NCBI GenBank assembly: GCA_030726915.1
Contig: JANRCR010000031.1
Location: forward strand, 7,672 to 71,671
Direction: 5' to 3'
From: Candidatus Nanopelagicales bacterium
GTDB taxonomy: Bacteria; Actinomycetota; Actinomycetes; S36-B12
DNA length: 64,000 nucleotides
Positions 48,378 to 59,063 of this stretch are shown piece after piece. The position numbers and the translations under genes were made by a program. Under the pieces are notes generated by a model, which saw only the letters and a program-made list of their open reading frames with translations, did no database searches and was not told the DNA's origin. The number at the start of each line of letters is the position of its first letter. The stretch's first letter is position 1.

Positions 48378-49813
48378 GCCAATTTGAAGCGCGGCCCGGT
48401 GTCCCCGACCCCGTGGACGCCGCCCGGCTGGATGCGATCATCAAGGCCTACGACGTCCGCGGCCTCGTCCCCGAACAATTCGATGCCGATATCGCTCGTC
48501 GCATTGGTGCAGCGATGGTCGACGTCTTGGACATCCGGCAATCACGTGGAGGTCCCGGGGCCGTCATCATCGGTCAAGACATGCGCCCGTCAGGGGATGA
48601 CCTCGTCGCGGCCTTTGCCGAGGGAGTCTGCTCCCAGGGGTGTGATGTCGTGCTCATCGGCTTGGCCAGCACGGACGGGCTGTACTTCGCCTCGGGAGCG
48701 CGCGGTCTGCCCGGGGCGATGTTCACCGCGAGCCATAATCCGGCGGCGTACAACGGCATCAAACTGTGCCGAGCCGGTGCGGCTCCCGTGGGGCAGGACT
48801 CCGGACTTGCAGACATTCGCCGCCTGGTCGGTCAGGGCGTGCCGGTGTACGACGGTCCCCCCGGCCGCGTGACCCGAGAGGATGTGCTGCCGGATTACGC
48901 GTCTTACCTGCGTGGCCTGGTCGACCTCAGGACGGGGCGCCCCCTGCGGGTCGTGATCGATGCGGGCAATGGCATGGCGGGGCTGACCGTGCCGGCCGTC
49001 CTCGGGATCGAGACGGGGGAGGACGCCCTGCCCCTGGAGATCACGCCGCTGTACTTCGAACTCGATGGCACCTTCCCCCACCACGAGGCGAATCCCATCG
49101 ACCCGGAGAACCTGCGTGATGTGCAGCGTGCCGTCATCGACCACGGGGCTGACATCGGACTGGCCTTCGACGGGGATGCGGATCGCTGTTTTGTTGTCGA
49201 CGAGTCCGGGCGTGCGGTGAGTCCCTCTGCCATCACGGCCCTGATCGCACAGCGCGAACTCCTGCGCCACCCTGGCGCGACGATCATTTACAACTGCATC
49301 AGTTCCCGCACCGTCCCCGAGGTGATTGCAGAATCCGGCGGTGTCGGTGAGCGCACTCGCGTCGGACACTCCTTCATCAAGGCCCGTATGGCTGAGACGG
49401 GAGCGGTCTTTGGCGGTGAGCATTCCGGCCACTTCTACTTCACGGATTTTTGGCGTGCGGATTCGGGGATGCTCGCCGCGATGCACGTGCTGGCGGCGCT
49501 GGGGGAGACACCCCCGGGCACGTGCCTGTCCTCCATGTTGGCGCCCTTTGATCGATACGTTGCCAGCGGGGAGATCAACTCAGCCGTCGCCGACGTTGAG
49601 GCGGCGTGCGACCGCGTCAGGTCGGCGTTTGGCCACCGACCGGGGGTGACCCTGGACGACCTTGATGGGATGACCGTCTCGGCGGCTGACTGGTGGTTCA
49701 ACCTCCGCCCCAGCAATACCGAGCCTCTCCTCCGGCTGAACGCCGAAGCGGTGGATGCTGGCACTATGGAGTCTGTACGCGACGAGGTTCTGGCTCTCGT
49801 CCGCGATTCCTGA
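48374..49813 (+). CDS. manB: Phosphomannomutase/phosphoglucomutase
   Basis: KAYDVRG, TASHNP, FDGDADR, GGEHSGH, R.SNTEP. Confidence 0.94.
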   Translation: MSQFEARPGVPDPVDAARLDAIIKAYDVRGLVPEQFDADIARRIGAAMVDVLDIRQSRGGPGAVIIGQDMRPSGDDLVAAFAEGVCSQGCDVVLIGLASTDGLYFASGARGLPGAMFTASHNPAAYNGIKLCRAGAAPVGQDSGLADIRRLVGQGVPVYDGPPGRVTREDVLPDYASYLRGLVDLRTGRPLRVVIDAGNGMAGLTVPAVLGIETGEDALPLEITPLYFELDGTFPHHEANPIDPENLRDVQRAVIDHGADIGLAFDGDADRCFVVDESGRAVSPSAITALIAQRELLRHPGATIIYNCISSRTVPEVIAESGGVGERTRVGHSFIKARMAETGAVFGGEHSGHFYFTDFWRADSGMLAAMHVLAALGETPPGTCLSSMLAPFDRYVASGEINSAVADVEAACDRVRSAFGHRPGVTLDDLDGMTVSAADWWFNLRPSNTEPLLRLNAEAVDAGTMESVRDEVLALVRDS

Positions 49814-49824
49814 GGAGGTGCGCG

Positions 49825-50013
49825 ATGACGCAGGAGATGGGGCTGGACCCCCTGCTGCTGGAGATCCTGGCCTGTCCGTGTGAGGTGCATGCCCCGCTGC
49901 AGGTCGACGTGTCGCGACAGGTGCTGGTGTGCACGGTATGCAGGCGCGGATTCCCCGTCCGCGATGGCATCCCCGTGATGCTGCTCGACGAGGCCCTCCC
50001 TCCGGTCGACTGA
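49825..50013 (+). CDS. Trm112 family protein
   Basis: LDP.LLEILACP, C..C...FPVRDGIPVML.DEA; GAGGAGG RBS. Confidence 0.9.
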   Translation: MTQEMGLDPLLLEILACPCEVHAPLQVDVSRQVLVCTVCRRGFPVRDGIPVMLLDEALPPVD

Positions 50014-51086
50014 TGCCCCACCTGGTCACCGGTGCGCTGAAGGATTACGACTGGGGAATCGTCGACGGGCTTGAGCGGTGGTCCACCGCGACTGGCGCTG
50101 CGCAGGCGGAGTTGTGGTTCGGCACGCACCCCGGTGGTCCCACCGTGGTTGTTGACGGACCTGACACGGGCCGTCTCCTGTCGGACCTGCCCGAGCACCA
50201 AGGAATGCCCCTGGTGAAGTTGCTGGCGGCGGCAGGTCCCCTATCCCTGCAGGTGCACCCTGATGCCAGCCGGGCAGCGCTGGGGTGGGGACAAGGCTCA
50301 GCCCTGTACGCCGATAACGCGGAAAAGGCCGAGATGCTGGTCGCCATCGAGGACTTTGACTACCACGCGGGTTGGCGCGATGCGCAGTCCGCGGCCGACG
50401 TACTCGCAGCAGTAGGAGTCCCCGACGATGTCGTGGCGCTCGTCCGCTCCGAGGACCGAGCCGGTGCCATTCGTGGATTGCTCAGCCTCGATGCGGTGTT
50501 TCAGGTGCACGCCCAGCAACGCCTGGTCCCGGCTGCGCGGGCGGCAGGATGGGATCCCGGTGCCGTGAGTGCGATGGAGCACGTCGCTGCGGCGCACCCA
50601 GCGGACCCGGGCGTGCTCGTGACCGTGCTCCTGGAGCACGGCGTACTCCATCCCGGTGAGGGTTTAGCGGTCTCCGCAGGAGTGGTGCACTCCTATGTGG
50701 CCGGACTCGGGGTTGAGGTGATGACGTCGTCTGACAACGTGCTCCGATTGGGGCTGAGCCACAAGCCGATCGCGGTGGAGGAGGCACTCGCCGCTGTACG
50801 CGAGGATCGCACCCCCACGAGGATGTCCGCTGCCCCGGGACGGGCACTGTCCCCGGAGGGCATGCCCTTTGATCTGCAGGTCCTCGAGCGGGCGCTGCGG
50901 GTCGGGATGGGGCGGCATCGCATTGTGCTTCCCCTGCGTGGGAGGGCATGGGTCACGGGCTTTGATGGACAGCCCGTGGAGGTCGTGGAGGGTCGCGCGA
51001 TGGTGTGGTCACCGATGGAGCCAGACATCGATATTGAGCCGGAAGCGACGACCATCGTCGTGACAGGAGCGGTGGAGGAGTCCTAG
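50013..51086 (+). CDS. manA: Mannose-6-phosphate isomerase, class I
   Basis: YDWG, ELWFGTHP, LSLQVHP, K.E, G..HSY..G..VEVM..SDNVLR.GL. Confidence 0.88.
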   Translation: MPHLVTGALKDYDWGIVDGLERWSTATGAAQAELWFGTHPGGPTVVVDGPDTGRLLSDLPEHQGMPLVKLLAAAGPLSLQVHPDASRAALGWGQGSALYADNAEKAEMLVAIEDFDYHAGWRDAQSAADVLAAVGVPDDVVALVRSEDRAGAIRGLLSLDAVFQVHAQQRLVPAARAAGWDPGAVSAMEHVAAAHPADPGVLVTVLLEHGVLHPGEGLAVSAGVVHSYVAGLGVEVMTSSDNVLRLGLSHKPIAVEEALAAVREDRTPTRMSAAPGRALSPEGMPFDLQVLERALRVGMGRHRIVLPLRGRAWVTGFDGQPVEVVEGRAMVWSPMEPDIDIEPEATTIVVTGAVEES

Positions 51087-52789
51087 CCACCCGGATACGT
51101 CGGACTGCCGCCGCGGGAGCCGGGGCGCCAGGGCCCGGAGGTGTAGGTCCAGATGCGACCCTGCTCGGTGCCGACAAGAATCGGTGAGCCGGGTGCTGCA
51201 GCGACACGCACGGGCGATGGGGGTCCCCCCAGCGAGCGCATCTGCCATCGACTGAGGTCAATCTCGTAGATGCTGGGAGCGGTGGCTCCCTCAACACCCA
51301 AGGCGATGAGTCGATCGTCATCACCCCACACGACATCAAGAACTGCCGTGAGTCGATTGTCGACGCGGACCGGGGACTCGATGCGCATGGATCCCTCGCG
51401 TGTTGTCACGATGGCGAGCATGACGATGGTGCGTGGGCCACGGCGCACGGTCAAGGCGGCTCGGGTGCCATCCCGGCTGATCGCCACCGACTCAAGGACG
51501 GCCTTGGGGTGCAGTCCATCGACGGGGACGATCGCGACGAGCCCGTCTGCGCTGACCCGGCGTAACGCAGCGTCGGGACCGACGACCCAGGCCTCGGGTC
51601 CGCGTCCGAACGATGGCCGTGACTGGCCGGGTTCCTCGAGGGGAGAGGTCAGGACACCGCCGGAGGTGAGAGGACCGATCCACAGTCGCGCCTGCGCATC
51701 CAGGCCCGCGATGACGGTGGACTGCAGCGAGGCCGCGATCCCGTCCAGGGGCGGATCGGCGAGGCCTGCCGGTCCCGACACCGGCAGGGGTGCGACGCCA
51801 TCGAGCGTCACAGCCCGGCCGTTGATCACCCCGAGTGCTCGGGACCCATTCGGCATGGCATTGGGGTCGTACGCGGGCCATGCGTCCAGGGGCTGAGGAT
51901 TGGGTGCCCCGGCGACATCGAGGGATTGGCCGCCCGCATTGAGGTCGAGCAGGCGGACACCGGGGACCTGGCGCAGGGTCCAGGCGAACTGAGCCGAGAT
52001 GGCCCTACGCGTGGCTTCATCGGCGAGTCTGACGTCGGGACTGAGGTCAACGCGGGCCACCCCGTCGATGACGGGCACCGCGTCGACGGCCAGGGTCGTG
52101 CCATCCGGAAGTCCCGTGCGCACCGCCGGTGCCAGCCACTCGGTGGGACCCTGCACGAGGGCCCGCGCCAATGCCGTGGCGGGTGTCGGCCCGTCGATGG
52201 GGAAGTAGCGCGGATCAGGGACGAGAGTGGAGAAGGTCGGATCAAGGAAGTACACCTCGTAGGCGCGGTAGGCACGATCCACATCCGAGCGCGAGAGCAG
52301 CAGGCCCGGCGGCGGCGTAGCGATCCGCCAACTGCCCGAGACAAACTCAAGTTGGAGTCGTGCCTGGATCAATGTCCCCGGTGCCGCGACCTGATAGCGA
52401 CCCTCCGCATCGATGGCGCCCACCCGTGTCGCCGTCATGGCGGTGGTGTTGACACCGTCCGGCACGATCGTGGGTACCCCTTCATAGACACTGACACCGG
52501 TCTGGGGCTGCCAGGTGAGCGCGGCCTCCGGGGTGAGGTAGAGGCGAGCGACGGCATGGTCATCCTCGAAGGACGCCGAGGCTTGGAGGAATCCCGACAC
52601 GATTTCCGTGGGCGTCATGTCGGGCACGGGGGGACGGGCGATCACGCGGATGACCTGATCGCTAGGGGCGATACCCACCTCGATGCCCTGCTGGACAGGT
52701 CCGCTGGTGGGGATCGTGACACAGGCGCCGAGCACGGGGGCGCAGACGAGCATGGCGACAGCGGTGGCGATGGTGCACGGGCGGTTCAT
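51083..52789 (-). CDS. lpqB: Lipoprotein LpqB (GerMN + beta-propeller)
   Basis: LGAC lipobox followed by IPTSGPV, IV.GFL.A, LVPDPR, L..GP..WL, SRDG.R, C-terminal P.YPG. Confidence 0.9.
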   Translation of the reverse strand: MNRPCTIATAVAMLVCAPVLGACVTIPTSGPVQQGIEVGIAPSDQVIRVIARPPVPDMTPTEIVSGFLQASASFEDDHAVARLYLTPEAALTWQPQTGVSVYEGVPTIVPDGVNTTAMTATRVGAIDAEGRYQVAAPGTLIQARLQLEFVSGSWRIATPPPGLLLSRSDVDRAYRAYEVYFLDPTFSTLVPDPRYFPIDGPTPATALARALVQGPTEWLAPAVRTGLPDGTTLAVDAVPVIDGVARVDLSPDVRLADEATRRAISAQFAWTLRQVPGVRLLDLNAGGQSLDVAGAPNPQPLDAWPAYDPNAMPNGSRALGVINGRAVTLDGVAPLPVSGPAGLADPPLDGIAASLQSTVIAGLDAQARLWIGPLTSGGVLTSPLEEPGQSRPSFGRGPEAWVVGPDAALRRVSADGLVAIVPVDGLHPKAVLESVAISRDGTRAALTVRRGPRTIVMLAIVTTREGSMRIESPVRVDNRLTAVLDVVWGDDDRLIALGVEGATAPSIYEIDLSRWQMRSLGGPPSPVRVAAAPGSPILVGTEQGRIWTYTSGPWRPGSRGGSPTYPGG

Positions 52790-54435
52790 GCGCGCGCCTG
52801 GGAAACATCCGCTTCCGCGCGAGGCAGGGGTGCATCCTCGCCCGGGGGGTCAGGGGGCTGGTCCAGGGGCACCAGGGGTAGCGGTGACTCCTGCACGGTG
52901 ACCTCTGCTCGACACGGCAGCGTGAGTCGGAAGCACGCCCCCTCACCGGGAGCACCCCATGCCTCCAACCACCCCGCGTGCAGGCGCGTGTCCTCCAGAG
53001 CAATGGCCAGGCCCAGGCCGGTGCCACCCGTCTGGCGTGCCCGCGCGGGGTCAGCACGCCAGAACCGGTCAAAGACGCGGATGAGGTCGGTATCGGCGAG
53101 GCCAACTCCTCGATCGCGCACCGTCACGGCGACGGCCACGCCGTCTCCGGCGACGGCGATATCGATGGGCAGGCCCTCACCATGCTCGACGGCGTTATCC
53201 AGCAGGTTCCTCAGGATGCGATCAACGCGCCGCGGGTCGCATTCCACCGGGCACGGATCCTGCCCGGTCACCAGGACGAGGTGTGTCCCGCGGCGCTCCG
53301 CGAGGGGGCGTGCGGATTCGACAGCCCGCCGGACGAGAGCGGCAAGATCGACCGTATCGAGGTCGAGCACCGCAGCTCCCGCGTCGTAACGTGAGATCTC
53401 GAGCAGGTCGGTCAGCAGATTCTCGAAGCGGTCGAGTTGGGTCTGCAGCAACTCCGCTGCCCGTGCGGTCGGCGGATCGTAACTCGCTCGCTCCTCGAAG
53501 ATCAGGTCGGCGGCCATGCGGATGGTCGTCAACGGTGTGCGCAACTCATGGGAGACGTCAGAAACAAATCGCTGCTGAACGAGCGAGAGATCCTCCAGTC
53601 GGTGGATCTGATCCTCCAGGCTTGCGGCCATATCGTTGAAGGACATGGCGAGACGTGCGAGATCATCTTCACCGCGCACCTCCATGCGCTCCCGCAGATG
53701 CCCCTCGGAAAATTGCTCAGCGACGCGGGCGGCTGAGCGGACGGGTGCCACGACCTGGCGCGTCACCACGACGGCGATAGCGCCGAGGAGCAGGACGAGG
53801 AGGATGCCGATGCCCACGACAGCCCCCCGGACCAGGTCAAGGGTGCTCTGCTCATCAGTGAGGGGGAAGAGGTAGTAGAGCTCATAGGTCCCGACATCCG
53901 TGACCGCCAGGGGCGCGCCCACCACGATGCCCGGGACACTGCGACCATCGAGATAGCGAATCTCCGTGTAGGTCCACGACTGTCTCTGTGTCTCCAGCAC
54001 GGTGGTGCGCATATCGTCTGGAACGCTGGTGTCGGAGACGAGGTTGGTGCCACGCTCCGGTGCAGTTCCATCGGTATCACCCGCGAGGAGGAGAACGTCA
54101 TACTGCGGGGGCGTACCGGCCCGTGAGGCGAGTGAGGCGACGATCGTGTCCACGACGCTGGCCGGTGATGCGGTCCCTGTGCCTGATGCGGCGGCCCCGG
54201 CGATGCGTTGGGCGTCGGCCAGTCCGACGCCCGCCTCGGTCACCGCTGTGCGCTGCGCGGAATCAAGGAGACCGGAGGTGACGCGCGAGATGAGCAGGAA
54301 GCCAAGAATCGTCATGACGACGATGGACAGAGCCAGGGTGGTCGCTGTCACGCGAAGGAGCAGTGAGCGGCGCCACAGTGAGATGAGCGAGCGGCGAGCC
54401 TTCGGAGTCTGCGGACTCGTCGGGCTGACTGTCAT
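52786..54435 (-). CDS. mtrB: Sensor histidine kinase MtrB
   Basis: WRRSL..R, YELYYLFPL, HAMP, FVSDVSHELRTPLTT, RFWRADP.R.R.TGGTGLGL. Confidence 0.94.
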   Translation of the reverse strand: MTVSPTSPQTPKARRSLISLWRRSLLLRVTATTLALSIVVMTILGFLLISRVTSGLLDSAQRTAVTEAGVGLADAQRIAGAAASGTGTASPASVVDTIVASLASRAGTPPQYDVLLLAGDTDGTAPERGTNLVSDTSVPDDMRTTVLETQRQSWTYTEIRYLDGRSVPGIVVGAPLAVTDVGTYELYYLFPLTDEQSTLDLVRGAVVGIGILLVLLLGAIAVVVTRQVVAPVRSAARVAEQFSEGHLRERMEVRGEDDLARLAMSFNDMAASLEDQIHRLEDLSLVQQRFVSDVSHELRTPLTTIRMAADLIFEERASYDPPTARAAELLQTQLDRFENLLTDLLEISRYDAGAAVLDLDTVDLAALVRRAVESARPLAERRGTHLVLVTGQDPCPVECDPRRVDRILRNLLDNAVEHGEGLPIDIAVAGDGVAVAVTVRDRGVGLADTDLIRVFDRFWRADPARARQTGGTGLGLAIALEDTRLHAGWLEAWGAPGEGACFRLTLPCRAEVTVQESPLPLVPLDQPPDPPGEDAPLPRAEADVSQARA

Positions 54436-55109
54436 GGCGGGCCGGCCTTGTATCCCACGCCGCGGACGGTGAGCACGATCTCGGGATGCTCTGGATCATG
54501 CTCGATCTTGGCGCGCAGGCGCTGCACGTGAACGTTGACCAGTCGGGTGTCGGCGGCGTGCCGGTAGCCCCACACTTCCTGGAGGAGCACCTCCCGAGTG
54601 AAGACCTGCCAGGGCTTGCGAGCGAGACAGACGAGGAGGTCGAACTCCAACGGTGTGAGAGGCACCACGCGTCCGGCGCGACGTACGACATGGCCCGCCA
54701 CGTCGATCGTCACATCACTGACCTCCAGCGTGCCGGTGGCGGGCTCATCACTGCGTCGCACCCGCGCGCGCAGGCGGGCAACCAACTCTTTTGGTTTGAA
54801 GGGTTTGACGACATAGTCATCGGCGCCTGATTCCAGTCCCAGGACGACATCAATCGTGTCGTTCTTGGCCGTGAGCATGACGATGGGGACACCGGACTCA
54901 TTGCGGATGGCACGACAGACATCGATGCCGTCCATGCCCGGAAGCATGAGATCGAGAAGGATGATGTCGGGGCGGGAATCGCGGAATGCCTGAAGGGCCT
55001 GGCTGCCATTGGTGCAGAAGACGGGTTCAAAACCCTCGCCCCGCAGGACAATGCCCAGCATCTCAGCCAGCGCAACGTCGTCATCAACGACTAAGACTCG
55101 ACCCTTCAC
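54432..55109 (-). CDS. mtrA: Response regulator MtrA
   Basis: VLVVDDD..LAEMLGIVL, LDLMLPG, VWGYRHAADTRLVNVHVQRLR; probable leaderless GTG at 55109. Confidence 0.96.
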   Translation of the reverse strand: MKGRVLVVDDDVALAEMLGIVLRGEGFEPVFCTNGSQALQAFRDSRPDIILLDLMLPGMDGIDVCRAIRNESGVPIVMLTAKNDTIDVVLGLESGADDYVVKPFKPKELVARLRARVRRSDEPATGTLEVSDVTIDVAGHVVRRAGRVVPLTPLEFDLLVCLARKPWQVFTREVLLQEVWGYRHAADTRLVNVHVQRLRAKIEHDPEHPEIVLTVRGVGYKAGPP

Positions 55110-55122
55110 AGCCCCTATGGTG

Positions 55123-55893
55123 TCACCCCACCAGCAGGAATGCTGCCCCCGGCAGGTTGTTGACCGCGTGGGCCACGATGGGGGCACCGAGACCGCGTGT
55201 CTGCCAGCGCAGAACCCCGAGTATGAGACCGCTCGCGAGGAGGATCGGGATCCGGATGGGCTCGAGGTGGAAGAGGCTGAACGCCACCGTGGTTATGGCG
55301 ATAACCCAGGCCGCATGGAGACCTCTTTTGGCCAGTGCGTTGTAGGCCATCCCCCGAAAGGCGATCTCCTCGGCGATGGGAGCGCCGATCGCCACACAGA
55401 GGGCGAAGACGATGAGGGCAAGCATGGGGCCTTCGGCCCGCAGATCCTCACCGATCTCGCCCGCCGCGGAGTTGAATTCACCCGTCAGTGACTGCAGGAC
55501 GATGGCTACCGTGCCCCCCGCGACGAGTGCCGCGACGCCCCCGATGAGTCCCCAGCCCAGATCTCGCCAGGTGAGGCTCAGCCCCAGATCAATGCGTGGC
55601 CCATTGCCCTGGAACGACGTGGTCAGCAGGGGCCAGCCAGCGAGTGCAAGCCACGGCACGGTGATGCCGACGACGAGGAGCACGGGCAGGGGAAGCCCCG
55701 CCATGGTGCCGAGGATGGCGACGGCAATGGACAGCAGCACGAATCCGAGCAGCGCGATCAACGCATCAGGGATGCCCCAGCGCGGTGGCCTGAGGACTCG
55801 TCCGCGAGCGAGTGCCTCATCGACGGTGAGTGGGCACCCCCGGTAGTCCGCCGGAGGCCGGACACGCAGGACCGGAGACAGGTGTTGATCCAT
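55123..55893 (-). CDS. CPBP (CAAX/Abi) intramembrane metalloprotease
   Basis: EE..FRG, F...H, H..NN motifs in a polytopic membrane protein. Confidence 0.88.
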   Translation of the reverse strand: MDQHLSPVLRVRPPADYRGCPLTVDEALARGRVLRPPRWGIPDALIALLGFVLLSIAVAILGTMAGLPLPVLLVVGITVPWLALAGWPLLTTSFQGNGPRIDLGLSLTWRDLGWGLIGGVAALVAGGTVAIVLQSLTGEFNSAAGEIGEDLRAEGPMLALIVFALCVAIGAPIAEEIAFRGMAYNALAKRGLHAAWVIAITTVAFSLFHLEPIRIPILLASGLILGVLRWQTRGLGAPIVAHAVNNLPGAAFLLVG

Positions 55894-55915
55894 GCCGTCC
55901 GGTCCCGCGCAACCG

Positions 55916-57376
55916 TCAGTAGCGGTAGTGGTCGGGCTTGAAGGGGCCGGCGACGTCCAGGCCCATGTATTCGGCCTGCTGCTTGCTCAACTCCGTGAGG
56001 CGCACGCCCAGGGCGTCGAGGTGGAGGCGGGCGACCTTCTCGTCGAGGTGCTTGGGGAGGACATGCACGCCGAGGGGGTACTCATCAGGATGGGTGAAGA
56101 TCTCAATCTGTGCGAGTACCTGGTTGGTGAAGGAATTCGACATGACGAACGACGGATGGCCGGTCGCATTGCCGAGGTTGAGCAGGCGCCCCTCCGACAA
56201 CACGATGATGGAACGTCCGTCGGGGAACGTCCACTCGTCCACCTGAGGCTTGATGGTGCGGCGCTCCACTCCGGGAAGCCCTGCGAGTCCGGCCATGTCG
56301 ATCTCGTTGTCGAAGTGTCCGATATTGCCGACGATGGCCTGGTGCTTCATGCGGCTCATGTGATCGGCGGTGACAACGTCCTTGCATCCGGTGGCGGTGA
56401 TGAAGATGTCCGCTGTATCGACAACATCCTCGAGGGTGGCGACCTGGTAGCCGTCCATGGCTGCCTGGAGGGCGCAGATGGGGTCGATCTCGGTCACGAT
56501 CACCCGTGCACCCTGACCGCGCAGGGAGTCAGCGCTGCCCTTGCCAACGTCTCCGTAGCCGCAGATGACGGCGACCTTGCCCCCGATGAGGACATCCGTG
56601 GCGCGATTGATGCCGTCAATGAGTGAGTGTCGGCAGCCGTACTTGTTGTCGAACTTCGACTTTGTGACGGAGTCATTGACGTTGATGGCGGGGAACAGCA
56701 GACGACCCTCCTGGAGCATCTCGTATAGACGATGGACCCCCGTCGTCGTCTCCTCGGTGACTCCGCGGATACCAGCGCCTATGCGTGTCCAGCGCTGAGG
56801 ATCCTCGGTCAGCGAGCGGCGAAGCACGTCGAGAATGACGGCGTACTCCTCGGAGTCGGTGGGGTCAGTGCTCGGCACGACGCCGGCCGCTTCAAACTCA
56901 GTCCCCTTGTGCACGAGCAGGGTGGCGTCGCCGCCGTCATCAAGAATCATGTTGGGGCCAGCGCCGTCAGGCCACATCAGCACCTGCTGGTTGCACCACC
57001 AGTACTCGTCGAGTGTCTCGCCCTTCCAGGCGAAGACGGGCACGCCTCTCGGGTCATCCGGCGTCCCATCCGGTCCGACGACGACCGCGGCTGCTGAATG
57101 ATCCTGGGTGGAAAAGATGTTGCATGAGGCCCAGCGCACCTCGGCGCCGAGCGCGACGAGTGTCTCGATGAGCACGGCTGTCTGGACCGTCATGTGGAGT
57201 GAACCCGTGATGCGGGCACCCTTCAACGGCTTGGCGGCGCCGAACTCAGCGCGCATGGCCATGAGGCCGGGCATCTCGTGCTCGGCGAGACGAATCTCAT
57301 CCCTGCCAAAGGCGGCGAGGGATAGATCGGCAACCTTGTAGTCGTGCTCGGTGAGGACGGGTGCGAGTTGTGACAT
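55916..57376 (-). CDS. ahcY: Adenosylhomocysteinase
   Basis: [55 protein letters not shown]; ATG 57376 after GAGG. Confidence 0.97.
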   Translation of the reverse strand: MSQLAPVLTEHDYKVADLSLAAFGRDEIRLAEHEMPGLMAMRAEFGAAKPLKGARITGSLHMTVQTAVLIETLVALGAEVRWASCNIFSTQDHSAAAVVVGPDGTPDDPRGVPVFAWKGETLDEYWWCNQQVLMWPDGAGPNMILDDGGDATLLVHKGTEFEAAGVVPSTDPTDSEEYAVILDVLRRSLTEDPQRWTRIGAGIRGVTEETTTGVHRLYEMLQEGRLLFPAINVNDSVTKSKFDNKYGCRHSLIDGINRATDVLIGGKVAVICGYGDVGKGSADSLRGQGARVIVTEIDPICALQAAMDGYQVATLEDVVDTADIFITATGCKDVVTADHMSRMKHQAIVGNIGHFDNEIDMAGLAGLPGVERRTIKPQVDEWTFPDGRSIIVLSEGRLLNLGNATGHPSFVMSNSFTNQVLAQIEIFTHPDEYPLGVHVLPKHLDEKVARLHLDALGVRLTELSKQQAEYMGLDVAGPFKPDHYRY

Positions 57377-57379
57377 GGG

Positions 57380-57540
57380 TGAACACCTCGAAAAGTGCGA
57401 TGGGGCCGGCGGACGTCGCGAGGCTTCGCTGGTCCGGCGGGCGTGGCTCAATCGTAGCGCCTGCTGCGATATCCGCGTCCCCAGCCGGATGTGCGCGGGC
57501 TGCTCATCCCCAGGAGAGCCTGCCGCGCTGACACAACGAC
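57380..57540 (-). ncRNA. Structured ahcY leader, putative SAH riboswitch variant
   Basis: Minus strand carries AGGCGCUACGA..GCCACGC..CAGCGAAGCCU, resembling the SAH core GAGCGCUGCGAC..GCCAGGC..CAACGGCGCUC, preceded by a GCGCGG..GGCU/AGCC.CGCGC hairpin; lies upstream of ahcY. Confidence 0.5.
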
Positions 57541-57547
57541 GTTCAGC

Positions 57548-58366
57548 ATGGTCATGTGGACTGTGCCTGCAGATCATCCCTCGACACGCCCGGCTGCGAC
57601 GCGCTCACCACGCGCCACATCCGTCACGCGGATCGCTCGGACGCTGGTGGGGCTCGTGGTCCCGCCCGTCTGCGCGGGCTGCGGGGTGACGGGTCAGCAC
57701 GTGTGTGAGACGTGCGCGCGGCTCCTGCATCACCAGCCCCGGCCCCATCGTCCGTCTCCGATGCCCCCCGGCCTGCCCCCCGTGTTGGCCCTCACCGACT
57801 ACTCCGGTCCGGTGAGGCAGATCATCACGGCCTGGAAGGAGCGCGGTCAACGTTCGGTGGCCCCCGTGCTTGCCGCAGCCCTCACGGATGCACTGGTGTG
57901 GACGTGGTCTGCTGACGCCGTCGCGGCGGGAGGTGATGTGCCATGGCGTCCGGTTGGGTCACGTCCCGAGCTCTATGTGGTGCCCGTGCCGGGATCTCGT
58001 GCTGCCCGCAGGCGCCGCGGGGAGGATGCCTGGGGGCGGGTTGTGGAGATGGCCTGCCGCGAGGTGCGGTCCCGGGGAATCCCCACAACGCTGATGCGAT
58101 GCCTGACCCTGCAGCGCCAGCCGCGGGATCAGGCTGGGCTGAGCGCCCGTGAGCGACGGGCCAATCTCTCCGGAGCCATGGCTGCGCGGATGCCCTCGAC
58201 GGGCTGGAGGTCGCCGTCAACCAGCCTGGTTGTCCTCGTGGACGACATCGTGACCACCGGAGCGACCCTGGCAGAGGCTGGCCGCGCACTGCGACAGGCG
58301 GGGTGTGAGCCACGGGGTGCCATCGTGCTGTCCGCAACTCGCAGGAGTGGCGCGGATCGACGTTAG
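57548..58366 (+). CDS. comF: ComF family protein (zinc ribbon + PRTase domain)
   Basis: CAGC......C..C, K..G, VPVP.S....R.RG, DQAGL....[15 protein letters not shown]; start uncertain. Confidence 0.87.
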   Translation: MVMWTVPADHPSTRPAATRSPRATSVTRIARTLVGLVVPPVCAGCGVTGQHVCETCARLLHHQPRPHRPSPMPPGLPPVLALTDYSGPVRQIITAWKERGQRSVAPVLAAALTDALVWTWSADAVAAGGDVPWRPVGSRPELYVVPVPGSRAARRRRGEDAWGRVVEMACREVRSRGIPTTLMRCLTLQRQPRDQAGLSARERRANLSGAMAARMPSTGWRSPSTSLVVLVDDIVTTGATLAEAGRALRQAGCEPRGAIVLSATRRSGADRR

Positions 58367-58378
58367 GGGGAGCACACT

Positions 58379-59023
58379 GTGGTCGTGGACAGTCCGGGGA
58401 CCGATGACGGATCGGTCATCATCATCGCCTCAAACGCCGTTGTGCGGCGCGGCCTCAGTGCCATTCTCGACGACGCGGGGTGGCGGGTGGCCACGGGGGA
58501 TGGCCCTGGTGGGCGGCAGGCGGTGGTCGTCTGGGATGTCTCGACGAGTGATGCACTTCGTGACATCGAATCCGTCCTGAGCCTCCATGCGGGGATCCCG
58601 ATCGTTGCGCTGGTGGCAGGCCACCGCAGTGGTAACCCTGCGGATCTCCTGTCGTTAGGCATCTCCGGCGTGGTGGACAGGGACGTGGACGAGGAGTCTC
58701 TCGTCCAGGCGGTGCGGTCGGTGAGTGAGGGACGCACGGTCCTCAATACCGGCCTGGTAGCCGGGTCTCGTGTGGATGCTCCGTCGGGTCGACCACCCGT
58801 ACTCACGCGTCGCGAGTCCCAGGTGTTGGGGTTGCTCGGGGAGGGTCGCACGAACCGCGAAATCGCTGAGGCACTCGTCATCAGCGAAAACACGGTGAAG
58901 AACCACGTCCGGAGGCTGTACGAAAAATTGCAGGTCCGCTCGCGGACCGAGGCGGTGGTCACCGGTGTTCGCTGGGGGTTGGTCACGCTGGCGGTCCCGG
59001 GCGACCGCCCCCTCACTCGGTAG
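58379..59023 (+). CDS. NarL/LuxR-type response regulator with a degenerate receiver
   Basis: LTRRE.QVL.LL..G.TNREIA..L.ISENTVKNHV HTH; receiver lacks the acidic pair and the conserved Lys. Confidence 0.85.
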   Translation: MVVDSPGTDDGSVIIIASNAVVRRGLSAILDDAGWRVATGDGPGGRQAVVVWDVSTSDALRDIESVLSLHAGIPIVALVAGHRSGNPADLLSLGISGVVDRDVDEESLVQAVRSVSEGRTVLNTGLVAGSRVDAPSGRPPVLTRRESQVLGLLGEGRTNREIAEALVISENTVKNHVRRLYEKLQVRSRTEAVVTGVRWGLVTLAVPGDRPLTR

Positions 59024-59063
59024 CGCCGGGACCCCCGGAGCGCTGGGCGTCGATGCGCCGTCC

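Noticed and set aside
51926-53389. 487-aa plus-strand ORF
   Set aside because: Shadow over lpqB/mtrB with Arg/Ala-rich non-protein-like composition
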